Of a DNA stretch of 64,000 nt, positions 53,601 to 64,000 are shown piece by piece. Where the stretch lies: the NCBI GenBank assembly GCA_964057225.1, contig OZ059900.1:3100001-3164000 (forward strand). The letters are read 5' to 3'. The notes below the pieces were generated by a model, which saw only the letters and a list, made by a program, of their open reading frames with translations, was not told where the DNA came from and ran no database searches. How positions within the stretch are numbered: position 1 is the first letter of the stretch; every line of letters begins with the position of its first letter. This DNA comes from Auanema rhodensis. Taxonomy: Eukaryota; Animalia; Nematoda. Both the position numbers and the translations under genes were made by a program.

Positions 53601-56560
53601 ATAAATATCAGTGCAAACTCGTAAAAATAAACTTATTTCGTGTATTGTGTGTTTGATTCTCGAATCTCACCGAATATGATCAAAATTTACGAGTATCACA
53701 GATTTTGTACCAAAAATCGGTGAGTATATGGTGTTAAAGGCATAAAAACGACCATACTTAGTGTAGTAATGCTATTTGAGCGAAAATCAGTATTTAAACA
53801 TCACTAGCGTTTAATTGATGACTTTTGTTGTCATAGACAATAAAACTATGCTTTTGATCATATATATGAGCGATTTAGCCAAATTAGACTCAAAACTCGG
53901 ACATTTCCAAAATTCTTTCTATTTTCGACCTTTTTTGATCAAAATGAATATATATCAGTGCAAGCTCATAAAAATAGACTGATTTTGTGTATTGTATGTT
54001 TGATTCTCGAATCTCACCGAATATGATCAAAATTTACGAGTATCACAGATTTTGTACCAAAAATCGGTGAGTATATGGTGTTAAAGGCATAAAAACGACC
54101 ATACTTAGTGTAGTAATGCTATTTGAGTGAAATTCAGTGATTAAATCATTATTAGTGTATATTTGAAGACTTTTGTTATCATAGACAGTAAAACTATGCT
54201 TTTGATCATATATATGAGCGATTTAGCCCAATTGGACTCAAAACTCGGAAAATTCAAAAATTCTTTCTATTTTCGACCTTTTTTGATCAAAATGAATATA
54301 TATCAGTGCAAGCTCATAAAAATAGACTGATTTTGTGTATTGTATGTTTGATTCTCAAATCTTAACAAATATGATCAAAATTTACAAGTATTACAGATTT
54401 TGTACCAAAAATCGGTGAGTATATGGTGTTAAAGGCATAAAAACGACCATACTTAGTGTAGTAATGCTATTTGAGCGAAATTCAGTATTTAAACATCACT
54501 AGCGTTTAATTGATGACTTTTGTTGTTATAGACAATAAAACTATGCTTTTGATCATATATATGAGCGATTTAGCCAAATTGGACTCAAAACTCGGAATTT
54601 TCAAAAATTCTTTCTTTTTTCGACCTTTTTTGATCAAAATGAATATATATCAGTGCAAGCTCATAAAAATAGACTGATTTTGTGTATTGTGTGTTTGATT
54701 CTCAAATCTTAACGAATATGATCAAAATTTACGAGTATTACAGATTTTGTACCAAAAATCGGTGAGTATATGGTGTTAAAGGCATAAAAACGACCATACT
54801 TAGTGTAGTAATGCTATTTGAGCGAAATTTAGTGATTTAAACATCATTAGTGTTTAATTAATGACTTTTGTTGTTATAGACAATAAAACTATGCTTTTGA
54901 TCATATATATGAGCGATTTAGCCCAATTGGACTCAAAACTCGGAAAATTCAAAAATTCTTTCTATTTTCGACCTTTTTTGATCAAAATGAATATATATCA
55001 GTGCAAACTCATAAAAATAGACTGATTTTGTTTATTGTGTGTTTGATTTTCAAATCTTAACGAATATGATCAAAATTTACGAGTATTACAGATTTTGTAC
55101 CAAAAATCGGTGAGTATATGGTGTTAAAGGCATAAAAACGATCATACTTAGTGTAGTAATGCTATTTGAGCGAAATTTAGTGATTTAAACATCATTAGTG
55201 TTTAATTAATGACTTTCGTTGTCATAGACAATAAAACTATGCTTCTGATCATATATATGAGCGATTTAGCCAAATTAGACTCAAAACTCGTAAATTTCAA
55301 AAATTCTTTCTATTTTCGACCTTTTTTGATCAAAATGAATATATATCAGTGCAAGCTCATAAAAATAGACTGATTTTGTGTATTGTATGTTTGATTCTCA
55401 AATCTTAACGAATATGATCAAAATTTACGAGTATTACAGATTTTGTACCAAAAATCGGTGAGTATATGGTGTTAAAGGCATAAAAACGACCATACTTAGT
55501 GTAGTAATGCTATTTGAGCGAAATTCAGTATTTAAACATCACTAGCGTTTAATTGATGATTTTTGTTGTCATAGACAATAAAACTATGCTTTTGATCATA
55601 TATATGAGCGATTTAGCCAAATTAGACTCAAAACTCGGAAATTTCAAAAATTCTTTCTATTTTCGACCTTTTTTGATCAAAATGAATAAATATCAGTGCA
55701 AACTCTTAAAAATAAACTTATTTCGTGTATTGTGTGTTTGATTCTCGAATCTCACCGAATATGATCAAAATTTACGAGTATCACAGATTTTGTACCAAAA
55801 ATCGGTGAGTATATGGTGTTAAAGGCATAAAAACGACCATACTTAGTGTAGTATTGCTATTTGAGTGAAATTCAGTGATTTACACATTATTAGTGTTTAT
55901 TTGAAGACTTTTGTTATCATAGACAGTAAAACTATGCTTTTGATCATATATATGAGCGATTTAGCCAAATTAGACTCAAAACTCGGAAATTTCAAAAATT
56001 TTTTCTATTTTTGACCTTTTTTGATCAAAATGAATAAATATCAGTGCAAACTCGTAAAAATAAACTTATTTCGTGTATTGTGTGTTTGATTCTCGAATCT
56101 CACCGAATATGATCAAAATTTACGAGTATCACAGATTTTGTACCAAAAATCGGTGAGTATATGGTGTTAAAGGCATAAAAACGACCATACTTAGTGTAGT
56201 AATGCTATTTGAGTGAAATTCAGTGATTAAATCATTATTAGTGTATATTTGAAGACTTTTGTTATCATAGACAGTAAAACTATGCTTTTGATCATATATA
56301 TGAGCGATTTAGCCCAATTGGACTCAAAACTCGGAAAATTCAAAAATTCTTTCTATTTTCGACCTTTTTTGATCAAAATGAATAAATATCAGTGCAAACT
56401 CATAAAAATAGACTTATTTCGTGTATTATGTGTTTGATTCTCGAATCTTAACGAATATGATCAAAATTTACAAGTATTACAGATTTTGTACCAAAAATCG
56501 GTGAGTATATGGTGTTAAAGGCATAAAAACGACCATACTTAGTGTAGTAATGCTATTTGA
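50640..56560 (-). repeat. 9-monomer duplication (3128-bp period) in the inverted arm
   Basis: GGACATTTCCAAAA at 50771 and 53899; ORF pairs 52425/55553 and 53121/56249. Confidence 0.82.
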
Positions 56561-57698
56561 GCGAAATTTAGTGATTTAAACATCATTAGTGTTTAACTAA
56601 TGACTTTTGTTGTCATAGACAATAAAACTATGCTTCTGATCATATATATGAGCGATTTAGCCAAATTAGACTCAAAACTCGTAAATTTCAAAAATTCTTT
56701 CTATTTTCGACCTTTTTTGATCAAAATGAATATATATCAGTGCAAGCTCATAAAAATAGACTGATTTTGTGTATTGTATGTTTGGTTCTCAAATCTTAAC
56801 GAATATGATCAAAATTTACGAGTATTACAGATTTTGTACCAAAAATCGGTGAGTATATGGTGTTAAAGGCATAAAAATAACCATACTTAGTGTAGTAATG
56901 CTATTTGAGCGAAAATCAGTATTTAAACATCACTAGCGTTTAATTGATGACTTTTGTTGTCATAGACAATAAAACTATGCTTCTGATCATGTATATGAGC
57001 GATTTAGCCAAATTAGACTCAAAACTCGGAAATTTCAAAAATTCTTTCTATTTTCGACCTTTTTTGATCAAAATGAATAAATATCAGTGCAAACTCGTAA
57101 AAATAAACTTATTTCGTGTATTGTGTGTTTGATTCTCGAATCTCACCGAATATGATCAAAATTTACGAGTATCACAGATTTTGTACCAAAAATCGGTGAG
57201 TATATGGTGTTAAAGGCATAAAAACGACCATACTTAGTGTAGTAATGCTATTTGAGTGAAATTCAGTGATTTAATCATTATTAGTGTATATTTGAAGACT
57301 TTTGTTATCATAGACAGTAAAACTATGCTTTTGATCATATATATGAGCGATTTAGCCCAATTGGACTCAAAACTCGGAAAATTCAAAAATTCTTTCTATT
57401 TTCGACCTTTTTTGATCAAAATGAATATATATCAGTGCAAACTCATAAAAATAGACTGATTTTGTTTATTGTGTGTTTGATTTTCAAATCTTAACGAATA
57501 TGATCAAAATTTACGAGTATTACAGATTTTGTACCAAAAATCGGTGAGTATATGGTGTTAAAGGCATAAAAACGACCATACTTAGTGTAGTAATGCTATT
57601 TGAGCGAAAATCAGTATTTAAACATCACTAGCGTTTAATTGATGAATTTTGTTGTCATAGACAATAAAACTATGCTTCTGATCATGTATATGAGCGAT

Positions 57699-57830
57699 TT
57701 AGCCAAATTAGACTCAAAACTCGGAAATTTCAAAAATTCTTTCTATTTTCGACCTTTTTTGATCAAAATGAATATATATCAGTGCAAGCTCATAAAAATA
57801 GACTGATTTTGCGTATTGTATGTTTGATTC
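57699..57830 (-). repeat. 132-bp truncated unit, copy 1 (junction at 57831)
   Basis: TTAGCC recurs at 57699 and 57831. Junction GTTTGATTC-T-TAGCCCAATTGG omits about 215 bp including the conserved core. Confidence 0.9.
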
Positions 57831-59567
57831 TTAGCCCAATTGGACTCAAAACTCGGAAAATTCAAAAATTCTTTCTATTTTCGACCTTTTTTGATCAAAA
57901 TGAATATATATCAGTGCAAACTCATAAAAATAGACTTATTTTGTGTATTGTGTGTTTGATTCTCAAATCTTAACAAATATGATCAAAATTTACAAGTATT
58001 ACAGATTTTGTACCAAAAATCGGTGAGTATATGGTGTTAAAGGCATAAAAACGACCATACTTAGTGTAGTAATGCTATTTGAGCGAAATTCAGTATTAAA
58101 ACATCACTAGCGTTTAATTGATGACTTTTGTTGTTATAGACAATAAAACTATGCTTTTGATCATATATATGAGCGATTTAGCCAAATTGGACTCAAAACT
58201 CGGAAATTTCAAAAATTCTTTCTTTTTTCGACCTTTTTTGATCAAAATGAATATATATCAGTGCAAGCTCATAAAAATAGACTGATTTTGTGTATTGTGT
58301 GTTTGATTCTCAAATCTTAACGAATATGATCAAAATTTACGAGTATTACAGATTTTGTACCAAAAATCGGTGAGTATATGGTGTTAAAGGCATAAAAACG
58401 ACCATACTTAGTGTAGTAATGCTATTTGAGCGAAATTTAGTGATCTAAACATCATTAGTGTTTAATTAATGACTTTTGTTGTCATAGACAATAAAACTAT
58501 GCTTTTGATCATATATATGAGCGATTTAGCCCAATTGGACTCAAAACTCGGAAATTTCAAAAATTTTTTCTATTTTTGACCTTTTTTGATCAAAATGAAT
58601 AAATATCAGTGCAAACTCGTAAAAATAAACTTATTTCGTGTATTGTGTGTTTGATTCTCGAATCTCACCGAATATGATCAAAATTTACGAGTATCACAGA
58701 TTTTGTACCAAAAATCGGTGAGTATATGGTGTTAAAGGCATAAAAACGACCATACTTAGTGTAGTAATGCTATTTGAGTGAAATTCAGTGATTAAATCAT
58801 TATTAGTGTATATTTGAAGACTTTTGTTATCATAGACAGTAAAACTATGCTTTTGATCATATATATGAGCGATTTAGCCCAATTGGACTCAAAACTCGGA
58901 AAATTCAAAAATTCTTTCTATTTTCGACCTTTTTTGATCAAAATGAATATATATCAGTGCAAACTCATAAAAATAGACTGATTTTGTTTATTGTGTGTTT
59001 GATTTTCAAATCTTAACGAATATGATCAAAATTTACGAGTATTACAGATTTTGTACCAAAAATCGGTGAGTATATGGTGTTAAAGGCATAAAAACGACCA
59101 TACTTAGTGTAGTAATGCTATTTGAGCGAAAATCAGTATTTAAACATCACTAGCGTTTAATTGATGACTTTTGTTGTTATAGACAATAAAACTATGCTTT
59201 TGATCATATATATGAGCGATTTAGCCAAATTGGACTCAAAACTCGGAAAATTCAAAAATTCTTTCTATTTTCGACCTTTTTTGATCAAAATGAATATATA
59301 TCAGTGCAAACTCATAAAAATAGACTGATTTTGTTTATTGTGTGTTTGATTTTCAAATCTTAACGAATATGATCAAAATTTACGAGTATTACAGATTTTG
59401 TACCAAAAATCGGTGAGTATATGGTGTTAAAGGCATAAAAACGACCATACTTAGTGTAGTAATGCTATTTGAGCGAAAATCAGTATTTAAACATCACTAG
59501 CGTTTAATTGATGAATTTTGTTGTCATAGACAATAAAACTATGCTTCTGATCATGTATATGAGCGAT

Positions 59568-59699
59568 TTAGCCAAATTAGACTCAAAACTCGGAAATTTC
59601 AAAAATTCTTTCTATTTTCGACCTTTTTTGATCAAAATGAATATATATCAGTGCAAGCTCATAAAAATAGACTGATTTTGCGTATTGTATGTTTGATTC
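59568..59699 (-). repeat. 132-bp truncated unit, copy 2 (junction at 59700)
   Basis: Identical junction GTTTGATTCTTAGCCCAATTGG, 1869 bp (5 monomers + 132) after copy 1. Confidence 0.9.
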
Positions 59700-62600
59700 T
59701 TAGCCCAATTGGACTCAAAACTCGGAAAATTCAAAAATTCTTTCTATTTTCGACCTTTTTTGATCAAAATGAATATATATCAGTGCAAACTCATAAAAAT
59801 AGACTTATTTTGTGTATTGTGTGTTTGATTCTCAAATCTTAACAAATATGATCAAAATTTACAAGTATTACAGATTTTGTACCAAAAATCGGTGAGTATA
59901 TGGTGTTAAAGGCATAAAAACGACCATACTTAGTGTAGTAATGCTATTTGAGCGAAATTCAGTATTAAAACATCACTAGCGTTTAATTGATGACTTTTGT
60001 TGTTATAGACAATAAAACTATGCTTTTGATCATATATATGAGCGATTTAGCCAAATTGGACTCAAAACTCGGAAATTTCAAAAATTCTTTCTTTTTTCGA
60101 CCTTTTTTGATCAAAATGAATATATATCAGTGCAAGCTCATAAAAATAGACTGATTTTGTGTATTGTGTGTTTGATTCTCAAATCTTAACGAATATGATC
60201 AAAATTTACGAGTATTACAGATTTTGTACCAAAAATCGGTGAGTATATGGTGTTAAAGGCATAAAAACGACCATACTTAGTGTAGTAATGCTATTTGAGC
60301 GAAATTTAGTGATCTAAACATCATTAGTGTTTAATTAATGACTTTTGTTGTCATAGACAATAAAACTATGCTTTTGATCATATATATGAGCGATTTAGCC
60401 CAATTGGACTCAAAACTCGGAAATTTCAAAAATTTTTTCTATTTTTGACCTTTTTTGATCAAAATGAATAAATATCAGTGCAAACTCGTAAAAATAAACT
60501 TATTTCGTGTATTGTGTGTTTGATTCTCGAATCTCACCGAATATGATCAAAATTTACGAGTATCACAGATTTTGTACCAAAAATCGGTGAGTATATGGTG
60601 TTAAAGGCATAAAAACGACCATACTTAGTGTAGTAATGCTATTTGAGTGAAATTCAGTGATTAAATCATTATTAGTGTATATTTGAAGACTTTTGTTATC
60701 ATAGACAGTAAAACTATGCTTTTGATCATATATATGAGCGATTTAGCCCAATTGGACTCAAAACTCGGAAAATTCAAAAATTCTTTCTATTTTCGACCTT
60801 TTTTGATCAAAATGAATAAATATCAGTGCAAACTCGTAAAAATAAACTTATTTCGTGTATTGTGTGTTTGATTCTCGAATCTCACCGAATATGATCAAAA
60901 TTTACGAGTATCACAGATTTTGTACCAAAAATCGGTGAGTATATGGTGTTAAAGGCATAAAAACGACCATACTTAGTGTAGTAATGCTATTTGAGTGAAA
61001 TTCAGTGATTTAATCATTATTAGTGTATATTTGAAGACTTTTGTTATCATAGACAGTAAAACTATGCTTTTGATCATATATATGAGCGATTTAGCCCAAT
61101 TGGACTCAAAACTCGGAAAATTCAAAAATTCTTTCTATTTTCGACCTTTTTTGATCAAAATGAATAAATATCAGTGCAAACTCATAAAAATAGACTTATT
61201 TCGTGTATTATGTGTTTGATTCTCGAATCTTAACGAATATGATCAAAATTTACAAGTATTACAGATTTTGTACCAAAAATCGGTGAGTATATGGTGTTAA
61301 AGGCATAAAAACGACCATACTTAGTGTAGTAATGCTATTTGAGCGAAATTCAGTATTAAAACATCATTAGTGTTTAACTAATGACTTTTGTTGTCATAGA
61401 CAATAAAACTATGCTTTTGATCATATATATGAGCGATTTAGCCAAATTGGACTCAAAACTCGGAAATTTCAAAAATACTTTCTTTTTTCGACCTTTTTTG
61501 ATCAAAATGAATATATATCAGTGCAAGCTCATAAAAATAGACTGATTTTGTGTATTGTGTGTTTGATTCTCAAATCTTAACGAATATGATCAAAATTTAC
61601 GAGTATTACAGATTTTGTACCAAAAATCGGTGAGTATATGGTGTTAAAGGCATAAAAACGACCATACTTAGTGTAGTAATGCTATTTGAGCGAAATTTAG
61701 TGATCTAAACATCATTAGTGTTTAATTAATGACTTTTGTTGTCATAGACAATAAAACTATGCTTTTGATCATATATATGAGCGATTTAGCCCAATTGGAC
61801 TCAAAACTCGGAAATTTCAAAAATTTTTTCTATTTTTGACCTTTTTTGATCAAAATGAATAAATATCAGTGCAAACTCGTAAAAATAAACTTATTTCGTG
61901 TATTGTGTGTTTGATTCTCGAATCTCACCGAATATGATCAAAATTTACGAGTATCACAGATTTTGTACCAAAAATCGGTGAGTATATGGTGTTAAAGGCA
62001 TAAAAACGACCATACTTAGTGTAGTAATGCTATTTGAGTGAAATTCAGTGATTAAATCATTATTAGTGTATATTTGAAGACTTTTGTTATCATAGACAGT
62101 AAAACTATGCTTTTGATCATATATATGAGCGATTTAGCCCAATTGGACTCAAAACTCGGAAAATTCAAAAATTCTTTCTATTTTCGACCTTTTTTGATCA
62201 AAATGAATAAATATCAGTGCAAACTCATAAAAAAAGACTTATTTCGTGTATTATGTGTTTGATTCTCGAATCTTAACGAATATGATCAAAATTTACAAGT
62301 ATTACAGATTTTGTACCAAAAATCGGTGAGTATATGGTGTTAAAGGCATAAAAACGACCATACTTAGTGTAGTAATGCTATTTGAGCGAAATTTAGTGAT
62401 TTAAACATCATTAGTGTTTAACTAATGACTTTTGTTGTCATAGACAATAAAACTATGCTTCTGATCATATATATGAGCGATTTAGCCAAATTAGACTCAA
62501 AACTCGTAAATTTCAAAAATTCTTTCTATTTTCGACCTTTTTTGATCAAAATGAATATATATCAGTGCAAGCTCATAAAAATAGACTGATTTTGTGTATT

Positions 62601-63523
62601 GTATGTTTGATTCTCAAATCTTAACAAATATGATCAAAATTTACGAGTATTACAGATTTTGTACCAAAAATCGGTGAGTATATGGTGTTAAAGGCATAAA
62701 AATGACCATACTTAGTGTAGTAATGCTATTTGAGCGAAAATCAGTATTTAAACATCACTAGCGTTTAATTGATGACTTTTGTTGTCATAGACAATAAAAC
62801 TATGCTTCTGATCATGTATATGAGCGATTTAGCCAAATTAGACTCAAAACTCGGAAATTTCAAAAATTCTTTCTATTTTCGACCTTTTTTGATCAAAATG
62901 AATAAATATCAGTGCAAACTCGTAAAAATAAACTTATTTCGTGTATTGTGTGTTTGATTCTCGAATCTCACCGAATATGATCAAAATTTACGAGTATCAC
63001 AGATTTTGTACCAAAAATCGGTGAGTATATGGTGTTAAAGGCATAAAAACGACCATACTTAGTGTAGTAATGCTATTTGAGTGAAATTCAGTGATTTAAT
63101 CATTATTAGTGTATATTTGAAGACTTTTGTTATCATAGACAGTAAAACTATGCTTTTGATCATATATATGAGCGATTTAGCCCAATTGGACTCAAAACTC
63201 GGAAAATTCAAAAATTCTTTCTATTTTCGACCTTTTTTGATCAAAATGAATATATATCAGTGCAAACTCATAAAAATAGACTGATTTTGTTTATTGTGTG
63301 TTTGATTTTCAAATCTTAACGAATATGATCAAAATTTACGAGTATTACAGATTTTGTACCAAAAATCGGTGAGTATATGGTGTTAAAGGCATAAAAACGA
63401 CCATACTTAGTGTAGTAATGCTATTTGAGCGAAAATCAGTATTTAAACATCACTAGCGTTTAATTGATGAATTTTGTTGTCATAGACAATAAAACTATGC
63501 TTCTGATCATGTATATGAGCGAT

Positions 63524-63655
63524 TTAGCCAAATTAGACTCAAAACTCGGAAATTTCAAAAATTCTTTCTATTTTCGACCTTTTTTGATCAAAATGAATAT
63601 ATATCAGTGCAAGCTCATAAAAATAGACTGATTTTGCGTATTGTATGTTTGATTC
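63524..63655 (-). repeat. 132-bp truncated unit, copy 3 (junction at 63656)
   Basis: Identical junction 5825 bp after copy 1; part of a block duplication (56249/62074, 56944/62769, 57256/63081). Confidence 0.9.
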
Positions 63656-64000
63656 TTAGCCCAATTGGACTCAAAACTCGGAAATTTCAAAAATTCTTTC
63701 TTTTTTCGACCTTTTTTGATCAAAATGAATATATATCAGTGCAAGCTCATAAAAATAGACTGATTTTGTGTATTGTGTGTTTGATTCTCAAATCTTAACG
63801 AATATGATCAAAATTTACGAGTATTACAGATTTTGTACCAAAAATCGGTGAGTATATGGTGTTAAAGGCATAAAAACGACCATACTTAGTGTAGTAATGC
63901 TATTTGAGCGAAATTTAGTGATCTAAACATCATTAGTGTTTAATTAATGACTTTTGTTGTCATAGACAATAAAACTATGCTTTTGATCATATATATGAGC

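Larger units (their letters stand above)
45411..64000 (-). repeat. Same satellite in inverted orientation (about 52 full monomers plus three 132-bp truncated units)
   Basis: From 45411 the sequence is the reverse complement of the monomer (TGAGTATATGGTGTTAAAGGCATAAAAACGACCATACTTAGTGTAGTA). The same spurious peptides switch from the - strand to the + strand in the ORF track. Confidence 0.98.

Noticed and set aside
23-63284. About 85 near-identical 61-92 aa ORFs (MKFSDLHIISV.../MMTFVVIDNK...) as a tandem gene family
   Set aside because: They lie wholly within the satellite monomer, mostly begin at GTG/TTG, and appear or vanish with single SNPs and the 1-bp indel. They are F/K/I/L-rich as expected from A/T tracts and resemble no domain I recognise.
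57782-63798. MQAHKNRLILRIVC... ORFs with an internal repeat
   Set aside because: Artefact of the 132-bp truncated unit (a multiple of 3), which repeats the same frame across the junction.
1-64000. CRISPR array or integron-like cassette array
   Set aside because: There are no unique spacers or cassettes; the entire 347/348-bp unit is repeated, and no cas or integrase ORF is present.

Overview
The whole 64 kb window is one AT-rich tandem satellite array, most likely eukaryotic (peri)centromeric or subtelomeric heterochromatin. The monomer is 347/348 bp (monomer 1 is about 31% GC by hand count), with roughly 183 full copies. There is no credible gene, transposon, RNA gene or CRISPR array; every ORF in the track is a by-product of the repeated monomer. 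The structure lies in the array organisation. (1) A single clean orientation switch at 45411-45412 forms a near-perfect fold-back with a 6-nt loop, making a giant inverted repeat. (2) A distinct variant subdomain sits immediately right of the switch. (3) Local 5-, 6-, 7-, 8-, 9- and 12-monomer duplications and multi-kb block duplications 12.9-17.4 kb apart are traceable by diagnostic variants. (4) Monomers are mosaics of a few biallelic modules. (5) A 132-bp truncated unit has been propagated three times. (6) There is one private 29-bp internal duplication. (7) The monomer is dense in short dyad symmetries, and many variants are CpG transitions. I could not assign the satellite to a named family or species, and I found no evidence of a novel protein-coding system.
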